From NCBI GenBank assembly GCA_964558455.1, contig CAZLEE010000002.1, positions 1-57,107 of the forward strand: a stretch of 57,107 bases of DNA. The letters are read 5' to 3'. Positions 27,435 through 36,483 of this stretch are shown here, piece by piece; the first letter of the stretch is position 1, and each line of letters opens with the position of its first letter. Made by a program: the position numbers and the translations under genes. The notes under the pieces are model-generated. The model was given only the letters and a program-made list of their open reading frames with translations, had not been told where the DNA came from and searched no databases. This DNA comes from an uncultured Verrucomicrobiota bacterium. Its GTDB lineage: Bacteria; Verrucomicrobiota; Verrucomicrobiia; Limisphaerales; Palsa-1400.

Positions 27435-28634
27435 ATGCTATCCCATGGTTTAATCGCTTACGGCCGACGAGTGACTATCGGCGCCCTGCTTTTCTGTTCA
27501 GCCATGCAGACGGGGAGTTTTAACGCCTCGGCCGGGGATGCCGCCCAATTGATTTCCGTTCTGGTCACGAATGGCACACGAATCATGCCAAGGACGATAT
27601 TCACCCAGACTTGGACCATCCATAATACCGGAACCACCACTTGGACGCCCACCGCAGCCGGTTACACCTTGAATATGGTTGGCACGGACTATCTGGGAGC
27701 CGTGCCGTTTACCGCCAATACTGACGGCTCTTGGTATCAGGTTTGCGCATGGATCAACAGCGGCCAATCCGTCGCGCCAGGGGCGCAAGCCACCTTCAGC
27801 ATGAGTTTCATCGCGCCGGAAACCGCCGGCTCTTATACCGACGCCTTCCAGTTGGTCAGCGCCAGCAGCGTCGCCTTCGGCCCGGATGTCACCGTGCAGA
27901 TCACCGTCCCGGCATACGGCTCAACCAACCAGTATGATCGGGCCAAAGCCGTTTCCTACGCCAACAACTATGCCGGTTACGTATGCAGCGACGGCTATTA
28001 TTGGACGAACGGTTCCAACTTTGGTTACTACGGCCCCCATACGACGGTTCCGAACATCACCGGTGATGATTGCGCGCATTTCGTCTCGTCCTGCATTGGT
28101 CGTCAGTCGAGTCAATGGGGTGGCGGACTTAACATTCCCACCAGGGTATCGCCCACCTATGGCGAACCCGGTGCCTCGCACCTTGTCGTTACCGACCTGA
28201 TCGCGCCGGGTTATGCCGTCGAGGTGTCTTCGTTGAGCAGCCTGTCCCCTGGGGACATCGTCGGCTGGAACTGGTATGGTGACACCAACATCAACGATCT
28301 CAGTCATGTCACCTTCTATCTGGGCAACGGCCTGCTCGCTTCCCACGCCGATTCTGCGCTGGACGTTTCCGCAACCACATACTACGGAAATTACGTGCGT
28401 CATCTGATACACATTTACGACTCCCCAACCCTCACCACGACCGTGTCGGGAACGAATATGGTTCTATCTTGGGGCACCAACTGGGCCGGTTACAATTTGT
28501 ATTCGTCCACCTCGCTTTCCCCTTCGAACACATGGACCAAGGTGTCAAAAACCCCTTTCACCGCTGGAGTGCTGAAAGTGCTGACCAACGCCATGTCCCA
28601 AACCGCCACCTTTTATTGCCTCCGAAATCCCTGA
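27435..28634 (+). CDS. Secreted NBR1-Ig-like plus amidase_6 (NlpC/P60-like) protein with a C-terminal beta domain
   Basis: Signal peptide. FTQTWTIHNTGTTTW...VAPG (NBR1-like Ig). YDRAKAVSYANNYA...GDDCAHFVSSCI...PGDIV...SHVTFY (Cys/His dyad). Confidence 0.8.
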   Translation: MLSHGLIAYGRRVTIGALLFCSAMQTGSFNASAGDAAQLISVLVTNGTRIMPRTIFTQTWTIHNTGTTTWTPTAAGYTLNMVGTDYLGAVPFTANTDGSWYQVCAWINSGQSVAPGAQATFSMSFIAPETAGSYTDAFQLVSASSVAFGPDVTVQITVPAYGSTNQYDRAKAVSYANNYAGYVCSDGYYWTNGSNFGYYGPHTTVPNITGDDCAHFVSSCIGRQSSQWGGGLNIPTRVSPTYGEPGASHLVVTDLIAPGYAVEVSSLSSLSPGDIVGWNWYGDTNINDLSHVTFYLGNGLLASHADSALDVSATTYYGNYVRHLIHIYDSPTLTTTVSGTNMVLSWGTNWAGYNLYSSTSLSPSNTWTKVSKTPFTAGVLKVLTNAMSQTATFYCLRNP

Positions 28635-28698
28635 TTTCGCCTCTTTTCGGCAAATTCGCGCGTGACGGCTCCCAGTCTTGGTGTATTTTTACCGGACT

Positions 28699-29460
28699 GT
28701 GACGACCGCCGACGCCATCAAACTCCTGGAAGATTTTCGCGCAGGCAAAGTGGCCTTGCCCGCCGCGCTCCAAGCCTTTCAAGCCCCGCCCGTCATCGAC
28801 CTCGGCTTTGCCCAGGTCGATACTCATCGCGCCCTGCGCAAAGGTTTTGCCGAGGTCATCTATGGCGCCGGCAAGACCGGCCCGCAAATCGTCAAGATCG
28901 CCGCCGAGATTCTCAAGCGGGAAGACCGGCTCCTCATCACCCGCGTTTCCCCCAACCAGGCGCGTCTGGTGAAAAAAAAGTTCAAAACCGCCGTCGTCCA
29001 TGCTGTCGCCCGTTGCGTCACCATTGAAAAAAAATCCGGTCCCAAACGCCCCGGCACCATTGCCGTCATCTCCGCCGGAACGAGCGACCTGCCCATCGCG
29101 GAGGAAGCCGTGGTCACCGCCGAAATCATGGGGAACCGCGTGGAACGAATTTACGATGTGGGGGTGGCCGGGCTGCACCGGCTGCTGAACAAATTGGACG
29201 CCATCCGCCGCGCCCACGTCATCATTGTGGTCGCCGGGATGGAAGGCGCGTTGCCCAGCGTCGTGGCCGGGTTGGTCAGCCGGCCCGTCATCGCGGTGCC
29301 GACCAGTTCCGGTTATGGGGCCAACCTTGGGGGGTTGACTCCGTTGTTAAGCATGCTCAATAGTTGCGGCAGCGGCGTGACGGTGGTCAATATCGACAAC
29401 GGTTTTGGAGCCGGCTACGCGGCCAGCCAGATCAACGCCCTCAGTTCCGGTGGAATATGA
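28699..29460 (+). CDS. larB: Nickel-pincer cofactor biosynthesis protein LarB
   Basis: VDTHRALRKGFAEVIYGAGKT, SAGTSDLPIAEEA, DVGVAGLHRL, GMEGALPSVV and VVNIDNGFGA. GTG start preferred. Confidence 0.93.
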   Translation: MTTADAIKLLEDFRAGKVALPAALQAFQAPPVIDLGFAQVDTHRALRKGFAEVIYGAGKTGPQIVKIAAEILKREDRLLITRVSPNQARLVKKKFKTAVVHAVARCVTIEKKSGPKRPGTIAVISAGTSDLPIAEEAVVTAEIMGNRVERIYDVGVAGLHRLLNKLDAIRRAHVIIVVAGMEGALPSVVAGLVSRPVIAVPTSSGYGANLGGLTPLLSMLNSCGSGVTVVNIDNGFGAGYAASQINALSSGGI

Positions 29461-30728
29461 AAACACTTTATCTCGACCTTTTCAGCGGCATCAGCGGCGA
29501 CATGATGATGGGCGCCCTCCTGGATGTGGGGCTGGATTTCGACCATCTCACGAGCGAGTTGAACAAGCTGCACCTTGACGACTATCACCTCCATGTTTCC
29601 CGCGCCAAACGCGCCCAAATTGAAGGGGTGAAATTTGACGTCCACCTTGGCCATCATGCCGCCAAGAAAGACCACGAGCACGAACACGGCCATTCCCATC
29701 ATCACGAACATGAACACGAACACGGCGACGGGCACGAGCACGAGCACGGACGAAACCACGCTGAAATAAAACAACTCATCCAGAAAAGCGAACTCTCGGA
29801 ATGGGTGCGCGAAAAAGCGGTGGCCGTGTTCAACCGCGTGGCGGTGGCCGAGGGCAAAATTCACGGGCAATCGCCCGATGAGGTTCATTTTCACGAAGTC
29901 GGCGCGGTTGATTCTATTATTGACATCGTTGGAGCCTGCATCGGTCTGGAGTTTTTGGGCAAACCGCGCGTCCTGGCCAGCCAGCCGACGGAAGGCACCG
30001 GCTGGATTGATTGCGCGCACGGGCGTTTTCCCATTCCCGCCCCGGCCACCCTCGCCATCCTGGCCGCGCGCGGAGTGGCGTTGACCCAATGCGAAGTCCC
30101 CCATGAGCTGATCACCCCCACCGGCGCCGCCTTGCTGGCCGAGTTTGCGGGGGAATTCGGCCCGATGAGAAACTTCCGCCCGGACCGGATCGGCTTCGGA
30201 CTGGGCCTGCGCGACAACCCTACCCGCCCCAATGTCCTCCGCGCCATCCTTGGTCAGACCAGCGCCATCCTGGAACACGATTGGGAAAGCGACACCATCG
30301 CCGTCCTGGAAACAAATCTGGACGACGCCACCCCGGAAATTCTCGGCCAGTTCATGGAATCCGCCCTCGCCGCCGGCGCTCTGGATGTCACTTACGCGCC
30401 CGCGCACATGAAAAAAAACCGGCCCGGATTTCTATTGACAGTGCTTTGCGCGGAAGAGGACGCCGACAAATTCAGCGAAATGATCCTGCGCCACACCACC
30501 GCCTTCGGGGTTCGCCGCCATTTGGCGGAGCGGCGCAAATTGCGGCGCGAATTTCAGGTGGCGCGAACTTCCTTCGGGGATGTCACCATGAAAATCGGAC
30601 GGCTCGACGGCAATATTCTGCAAGCCGCGCCCGAATTTGAATCGTGCCGGAAATTGGCCAAACAAAAAAACCTGCCCTTAAGGCAGGTTTATGAGGCAGC
30701 CATCGCCGCCTGGAACAACGCGGGTTGA
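29457..30728 (+). CDS. larC: Nickel insertion protein LarC
   Basis: YLDLFSGISGDM, His-rich stretch, HFHEVGAVDSIIDI, ELITPTGAA, LETNLDD, MKKNRPG and APEFESC. ATGA overlap with larB. Confidence 0.93.
   Translation: MKTLYLDLFSGISGDMMMGALLDVGLDFDHLTSELNKLHLDDYHLHVSRAKRAQIEGVKFDVHLGHHAAKKDHEHEHGHSHHHEHEHEHGDGHEHEHGRNHAEIKQLIQKSELSEWVREKAVAVFNRVAVAEGKIHGQSPDEVHFHEVGAVDSIIDIVGACIGLEFLGKPRVLASQPTEGTGWIDCAHGRFPIPAPATLAILAARGVALTQCEVPHELITPTGAALLAEFAGEFGPMRNFRPDRIGFGLGLRDNPTRPNVLRAILGQTSAILEHDWESDTIAVLETNLDDATPEILGQFMESALAAGALDVTYAPAHMKKNRPGFLLTVLCAEEDADKFSEMILRHTTAFGVRRHLAERRKLRREFQVARTSFGDVTMKIGRLDGNILQAAPEFESCRKLAKQKNLPLRQVYEAAIAAWNNAG
29671..29750 (+). repeat. Hexamer (CACGAR) tandem repeat encoding the His/Glu tract of LarC
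   Basis: cacgagcacgaacac...cacgaacatgaacacgaacac...cacgagcacgagcac. Confidence 0.8.
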
Positions 30729-30751
30729 TCCGCGCCCGGAACGGCCCGGCG

Positions 30752-32155
30752 TTACGCCGGGGTTCCGCCCATCGGATATTCCGTCTTGGTCACAATGCCG
30801 GGTTGCGGGATCGGGTATTTTCCGTTGGCGTCCGGCATCAGCGGAGCCGGGCCGTCCATCGTCATGGACGCCACGTTCGGCGCGTATTCATGCTCATCAT
30901 TGAGCATCTGGTCAAAGGTGATTTCCTGGCCGGTATGAGCCGCCCATCGGCCCATGGACGACACTACGCTCGCCTCCACTCCCCGCTTCACTTCGTTGTA
31001 AGGCTTGTTATCGCGGATGGCATCGACCAAATCATTCCATTCATTGACATAGGGATTGGCCTCGTCCCCTCCGACTTTGGAAGTCCAAATCAATTGTTTG
31101 TGATCTTCATGCTGGCCACGAAAAGTCGAGGAAGGCATGCCGCAGTCCGCATTTTTAGAGACCACCGCATAACCGTTGCTGCCGTGGGCGTAACTCGCGT
31201 AAAGATCGTTGCACCCGAATATGCAACGTCCTTCCATCAGCATCTTGGTTCCGTCGGCAAATGTGTATTCCGCCGCGTAACTGTCAAAGTTTTGATCAAC
31301 ATCATCCCCCCGGTAATGGCGTCCGCCCAGCGACTGCACCTTCACCGGCCACGCATTTTTCATCCAGCAAAGATGGTCGATAATGTGAATGTTGAAATCG
31401 TTGTAACATCCGCCGCTGGCCCAGATGAAACTGTGAAAACGCTGAATCTGATAGCCGACTTCCGTGATGTTCGCCGGCTTGCGCGGTGAAAAACACGCCG
31501 CCACCGGCTCGCCCACCCGGTAACCCCGCATCAAAACAATTTCGCCGATTTCCCCGCCGTGAATGCGATCCGCCAACTCCTGCATCGCCCGGCTGTGACG
31601 CGACATCAACCCGACCCCGACCTTAAGCCCCTTGGCGCTGGCATCCTCGCCCAACTTGATCATCCGCCGCGAAGTCGGACCGTCCGCCGTCAACGGCTTT
31701 TCCATGAACACATTCAAACCCTTTTCAATGGCGTAGGCAAAATGCACCCAGCGGAAAGCCAGCGGAGTGGTCAAAATCACAATATCGCCCGGCTTCAGGT
31801 AATCCATCGCTTTTTTATAGCCGTCAAACCCGACAAACCTCCGCTCAGGGGGGACGTCCATGCGATCGGTATAATCCCGATTCAACCCCTCATAGCTGCT
31901 CTTGAGCTGGTTCTCAAAAATATCCGCCATCGCCACCAGTTTCACCGGTCCGCGTTTGACCCCCATGGCCTGCCCGGCAGCGCCCGTGCCGCGTCCTCCG
32001 CAACCGACCAGCGCCACTTGCAATGTGTCATCTCCGGCAGCATGGACGTAAGGCACGGCCACGCTGGCCAGGGCGGAAATTGCCGCCACCCGGCCGGTTG
32101 TTTTGATGAATTCACGCCGCGAGGTCAGGGAAAAATTTTGTTCATTCATAATCAT
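30752..32155 (-). CDS. Tat-exported Gfo/Idh/MocA family oxidoreductase
   Basis: TSRREFIK twin-Arg signal, ALVGCGGRGTGA, LTTPLAFR, NVFMEKP and HIID. Confidence 0.93.
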   Translation of the reverse strand: MIMNEQNFSLTSRREFIKTTGRVAAISALASVAVPYVHAAGDDTLQVALVGCGGRGTGAAGQAMGVKRGPVKLVAMADIFENQLKSSYEGLNRDYTDRMDVPPERRFVGFDGYKKAMDYLKPGDIVILTTPLAFRWVHFAYAIEKGLNVFMEKPLTADGPTSRRMIKLGEDASAKGLKVGVGLMSRHSRAMQELADRIHGGEIGEIVLMRGYRVGEPVAACFSPRKPANITEVGYQIQRFHSFIWASGGCYNDFNIHIIDHLCWMKNAWPVKVQSLGGRHYRGDDVDQNFDSYAAEYTFADGTKMLMEGRCIFGCNDLYASYAHGSNGYAVVSKNADCGMPSSTFRGQHEDHKQLIWTSKVGGDEANPYVNEWNDLVDAIRDNKPYNEVKRGVEASVVSSMGRWAAHTGQEITFDQMLNDEHEYAPNVASMTMDGPAPLMPDANGKYPIPQPGIVTKTEYPMGGTPA

Positions 32156-32266
32156 TATTGTATCACTTTGATGCTTGTAACCGGAATGACATTCAAAATA
32201 TCTCAATTTGGCAAGCATTTACGCGCGCCTGAAACCCGCGTCGCCGCGCGCCCCCCTAAAAAAAAT

Positions 32267-32500
32267 TCACGGCGCAATCAGAGTCGTGGCAACGCTTTCC
32301 ACGAGCGGCGCCGGATCGTGCAAACCGCCTTTGACCATCGCTTGGGCCACGGTGAATTTGTCGCCAAACCCCTTGCCCGCTCCCCAGCCGCAGTAAGGAT
32401 TGCCGTAAAGTTGGTACCCTTGTGCCAGCAATTGAGTGACCGTGTTGTCCAATGAAACCCAATCCGACCCGGTGACAGTTTTATATTCGGCAATTTTCAT
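32267..32500 (-). CDS. DUF1737 family small protein
   Basis: YKTVTG...LDNTVTQLLAQGYQLYGNP...VAQAMVK pattern. Confidence 0.75.
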   Translation of the reverse strand: MKIAEYKTVTGSDWVSLDNTVTQLLAQGYQLYGNPYCGWGAGKGFGDKFTVAQAMVKGGLHDPAPLVESVATTLIAP

Positions 32501-32613
32501 GGAAACATAGAGCATCAACCGACCCAAAGAAGGAAAGCCCAAACTTCCAAAACCGCGGATGATGGATGCGGGGGGCGGTGTTGGAATTTTGGCAATCGTT
32601 TCAGGACCGGCCC

Positions 32614-33684
32614 TCACCCGGCGGTTTTATCGAGAGCCGGATAATCGGTGTAGCCTTTGGCGCCCGGCCCGTAAAAGGTGGATGGGTCCGGCTGATTAAG
32701 CGGGGCGTTTTGGCGAAAACGTTCAGGCAGGTCGGGATTGGCCAGAAACAGCACGCCAAACGCAACCGCGTCGGTCTCTCCCGCCGCCAGCACTTGATTG
32801 GCGGTGGCCTGGGTGAATTTTTCATTGGCAATGTAGCTGCCGCCAAAAGCCGCTTTTAACTGCGGGCCGATGCGCTTTTCCCCCAGCGATTCCCGGGCGC
32901 AGATAAAGGCAATGCGCCGTTTGCCCAATTCACCGGCCACATACCCAAACGTGGCCAGCGGATTGGAATCGCCCATGTCATGGGATTCGCCGCGCGGGGC
33001 CAGATGCATTCCCACACGATTTGCATCCCAGACGGACAGGACGGCGTCGGTGACTTCGAGCATGAGCCGGGCGCGGTTTTCAATCGGACCGCCGTAGGCG
33101 TCCGTGCGATGATTGGTCTTGTCCTGAAGAAATTGATCGAGCAGGTAGCCGTTGGCCCCATGAATTTCCACGCCGTCAAATCCGGCCAACTGCGCGTTTT
33201 CCGCCCCTTTGCGATAGGCCTCGACCACGCCGGGAATTTCACTCAATTCCAAGGCGCGAGGCGTGACAAACGGTTTCAACGGACGGACCAGACTGACATG
33301 CCCGGTGGCGGCGATGGCGCTGGGGGCCACCGGCAACGCGCCATTCAAAAACATGGGGTCTGAAATGCGCCCAACATGCCAGAGTTGAAGCAAAATGCGT
33401 CCGCCCGCCTTATGAACCGCCTCGGTAACCCGGCTCCAGCCTTTCACTTGCGCGGAGGACCAGATTCCAGGAGTATCCGCGTAACCCACCCCCATGGGCG
33501 TGATCGAAGTTGCCTCGGAAATCATCAGGCCGGCCGAGGCGCGCTGGGCGTAGTATTCGGCCATCAACTCATTGGGAATGCGTTCGACTCCGGCGCGCGC
33601 GCGGGTCAGAGGAGCCAGGACAATGCGGTTGGGAAGGTTCCAAGCGCCGATGCGAATAGGATCAAATAAGGAAGGCATACTCAT
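32614..33684 (-). CDS. nemA: Old yellow enzyme / alkene reductase (NemA-like)
   Basis: NRIVLAPLTRARA, YYAQRASAGL, QLWHVGR, EIHGANGYLLDQFL and GYTDYP. Confidence 0.92.
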   Translation of the reverse strand: MSMPSLFDPIRIGAWNLPNRIVLAPLTRARAGVERIPNELMAEYYAQRASAGLMISEATSITPMGVGYADTPGIWSSAQVKGWSRVTEAVHKAGGRILLQLWHVGRISDPMFLNGALPVAPSAIAATGHVSLVRPLKPFVTPRALELSEIPGVVEAYRKGAENAQLAGFDGVEIHGANGYLLDQFLQDKTNHRTDAYGGPIENRARLMLEVTDAVLSVWDANRVGMHLAPRGESHDMGDSNPLATFGYVAGELGKRRIAFICARESLGEKRIGPQLKAAFGGSYIANEKFTQATANQVLAAGETDAVAFGVLFLANPDLPERFRQNAPLNQPDPSTFYGPGAKGYTDYPALDKTAG

Positions 33685-33768
33685 TCTTGACAAACCGGTG
33701 GATGAAGTTGTTTTCATTCTCCGTCCGCATCATAGTCTGCCTTGGTTTAAATGAGCCATCTTTTTTCG

Positions 33769-34186
33769 ATGCAATCATGCTATCGGGGCCGGCTGGCCCC
33801 GTCGCCGACCGGCTTGCTCCACCTTGGCCATGCCCGCACTTTTTGGACGGCGCAACAACGCGCGGTTGCCGCCGGAGGAAAAAAGATTTTTGGGGACATT
33901 GTGATCTGGCGCCACGATGGCGCGCCCTCCTATCAATTGGCCGTGGTGGCCGACGATGCCGCCATGCAAATCACCCGAAGTCGTGAGAGGGGCGGACTTG
34001 CTTGTTTCGACCGCCCGGCAGATATTGCTTTATCGCGCCTTGGATTTGAGGCCGCCGGCATTTTATCATTGCCCGCTCCTGACAGGCAAAGACGGCAGGC
34101 ATCTGGCCAAGCGGGATGCCGCTTTGAGCTTGCACACTCTGCGCGATCAGAGTCTTGCCCCGGAAACAATCCGCCAATCTTGGTGA
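33769..34186 (+). pseudogene. gluQ: Glutamyl-queuosine tRNA(Asp) synthetase pseudogene (internal deletion plus frameshift)
   Basis: YRGRLAPSPTGLLHLGHA joins directly to FGDIVIWRHDGAPSYQLAVVADD. The reading then shifts frame at ATCACCCGAAG (about 33974-33976) into EVVRGADLL...HCPLL...LAKR. Only about 139 codons remain. Confidence 0.85.
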
Positions 34187-34198
34187 CCGGACACAGTA

Positions 34199-35374
34199 AT
34201 GGATGAAGAATATAAATGGCTGCCGACCGGCGAAGCCGCCATCACGGAGATGCTGGGCGCGATCAAAAACGCCACGCAATCGATCCGGCTGGAGATGTAT
34301 ATGTTTCGCGCCGGCTCGCTGGCTGACGAATTTCGCGATGCCCTGCGTCAGGCCCGCAAACGGGGCGTCTCCGTGCGTGTGTTGATTGATGCAATCGGCT
34401 CCGCTTACCTGACCGACCACTTCTGGCACACCTGCCGGGAAATCGGGGTGGAAGTCCGCTGGTTCAATCCCATCAGTCTGCACCAGATTTTTATCCGGGA
34501 TCACCGGAAACTGTTCGTCTGCGACGACTCGGTCGCCATGGTCGGCGGCTGCAATATCGCCAACGAATACCGGGGCGACGGGATCAAGGCCGGCTGGCGC
34601 GATCTCGGATTGCTGGTTCGGGGGACCCTGGTGCGGGAATTGGCGGCCGCGTTCGATGAGATGTTTTCCTGCGCCGATTTCAAACACAAACCGTTCACCC
34701 GATTACGAAAATCGCGCCGGCAAAAAACGGTCACGGTGCCGGAGGCCAGGCTTTTGCTGGGCGCGCCGGGACGGAATAACATCATCAAACGATCCTTGCT
34801 GGCCGACCTCCAAAATGCCGGGGAAGTATCAATCATAACGCCCTACTTTGTGCCGCCGTGGAAAATACGAATGCAATTGAGACGTCTGGCCCGCAAGGGC
34901 GCGAAAGTGCGCCTCATCCTGCCGGGCAAGAGCGATCTGACCGTCATGCGCATGGCCGCCCAAAGTTTTTACCGCCGGTTTCTGCGCGCAGGCGTCAGCG
35001 TTTATGAATATCAACCCCAAATCCTGCACGCTAAATTATTCATCATTGATGACGCCGTTTATGCCGGTTCGGCCAACCTCGACGCCCGGAGCCTCAACAT
35101 CAATTATGAACTGCTCATCCGTTCCACCCAGCCCCGTCTCGTGAGCGAAGCGCGGGAGATTTTTGATTCCTTTTTGAACCAATCCAAACAAATAGAAGCG
35201 ACAAGCTGGCGCCGGTCACGGACGTTTCTCAACCGGGTGAAAGCGCGGATCGCCCGTTTTCTGGTCGCGCGGCTGGACTCTTTTTTTGCCCGGCGTCAAT
35301 TGCGCTGGTGGAAAATAAGCCTGAAAAAAGTGAAAGCGGCGGAGAAACACAAAACCGTCGGCAGCCAGCCTTAG
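34199..35374 (+). CDS. cls: Cardiolipin synthase, phospholipase D family (ClsB-like, no N-terminal TM)
   Basis: Two HKD motifs (RDHRKLFVCD...GGCNI and ILHAKLFIIDD...GSANLD), IRLEMY and TPYFVP. Confidence 0.9.
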   Translation: MDEEYKWLPTGEAAITEMLGAIKNATQSIRLEMYMFRAGSLADEFRDALRQARKRGVSVRVLIDAIGSAYLTDHFWHTCREIGVEVRWFNPISLHQIFIRDHRKLFVCDDSVAMVGGCNIANEYRGDGIKAGWRDLGLLVRGTLVRELAAAFDEMFSCADFKHKPFTRLRKSRRQKTVTVPEARLLLGAPGRNNIIKRSLLADLQNAGEVSIITPYFVPPWKIRMQLRRLARKGAKVRLILPGKSDLTVMRMAAQSFYRRFLRAGVSVYEYQPQILHAKLFIIDDAVYAGSANLDARSLNINYELLIRSTQPRLVSEAREIFDSFLNQSKQIEATSWRRSRTFLNRVKARIARFLVARLDSFFARRQLRWWKISLKKVKAAEKHKTVGSQP

Positions 35375-35385
35375 GAGCCGTCAAA
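35371..35385. repeat. Isolated fragment of the MITE terminus
   Basis: TTAGGAGCCGTCAAA is the exact reverse complement of 55054-55068 and contains the cls TAG stop. Confidence 0.6.
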
Positions 35386-35420
35386 CTGCGTCTTAGCCGC
35401 CTTTATTTATTTCCACCGTC

Positions 35421-36290
35421 TTACTTCGCCAGCGCCACCAGATAACGCTGGAGACGCCCCCCCTGCTCCGGCGATTTTTGTTGTGTGTATATCTGGTGCA
35501 GGTTGGCGCAAATACGCAAAAGAATCCGCCGTGAACTGACCGGCGAAAGACAGCTTTCGTCAAAGCGCTGACGCAGTTGCACCATGTGCTTTATGCAATC
35601 GCCCTTCGTCATCAGCCGTCCGCCGCGAAACGGGTCCACATAAATCTCGGCGCGGCTCGATTGGAAGCGGCATAGAAAATAGCCCGGCAACCCGATGCCC
35701 GCCACCGGCAGCCGCAACCGCCGCGCCACCAGCAAATAAACGAGGCTCAAACTGACGGGATTCCCAATGCGCCGATCCAGCACACTGCTGAGATAGCTGT
35801 TGGCCGGATCGTAAAAATTATACTCATCCCCCGTGAATTTTAATTCCCGGAAAAGATAATCATTGATGGTCTTGATGATTTCCACCGGGCTGCCGTTTAA
35901 ATCCAGCCGATCCCGCAACTCGCCCGCGAACTGGTCAAGCCAGGCGCTATAGGCCTCCAGATTGATTTCCGGGTATTGGGTTCGGGAAAGAAGCAGGGTG
36001 CTTTGTTCCAAATCGAAGTCCTCACCCTGATTCAAACAAAAGGCCAGCAATTGCGTGTCCGCGTCCTGCCGCGCAAAATAACTAATGATCTCCCGGACGC
36101 GGCGGCGCAGAACCGGGTCGTCGCTCAAAAGGTGTTCGCGCAGCCAAGGAACGCTGGCCGGGCCGTAAGAGATGATTTTGTCGTGGACAGTGTGATAAAT
36201 ATTCCGGTCGTCATCAGCCAGCAAACTGACCAAAGCACTCCTCTGCTTTGCTTCGAGTTTTCCTGATGATGTTGCGAACGGCAAATTCAT
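35421..36290 (-). CDS. SirB1 / transglutaminase-like (Transglut_core2) protein
   Basis: INDYLFRELKFTGD...YDPANSYLSSVLDRRIGNPVSL...LPGYFL...YVDPF...ILLRICANL. Confidence 0.85.
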   Translation of the reverse strand: MNLPFATSSGKLEAKQRSALVSLLADDDRNIYHTVHDKIISYGPASVPWLREHLLSDDPVLRRRVREIISYFARQDADTQLLAFCLNQGEDFDLEQSTLLLSRTQYPEINLEAYSAWLDQFAGELRDRLDLNGSPVEIIKTINDYLFRELKFTGDEYNFYDPANSYLSSVLDRRIGNPVSLSLVYLLVARRLRLPVAGIGLPGYFLCRFQSSRAEIYVDPFRGGRLMTKGDCIKHMVQLRQRFDESCLSPVSSRRILLRICANLHQIYTQQKSPEQGGRLQRYLVALAK

Positions 36291-36483
36291 AGGACATGCG
36301 CATGGTCGCAGAAAACCCTCCCAACTTCAAGAAAGAAACGAGAAATGGCCGCCTTTTTTTCGTTCCCGGCCAAGGATCGGGCCTGGCTGTCACAAAAATC
36401 CGGCCTTTGGCGGTGGCAAATTTTGCCGGGGCGTGTTATAGTCTTCTGACAAGCAACGTTTCAGGAAAAATCGGTCTAATACT

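Noticed and set aside
28663-28672. TGACGGCTCC, a 10-bp match to the MITE end upstream of larB
   Set aside because: It lacks the TAA flank and any further similarity, and a 10-mer match is plausible by chance in 57 kb of GC-rich DNA.
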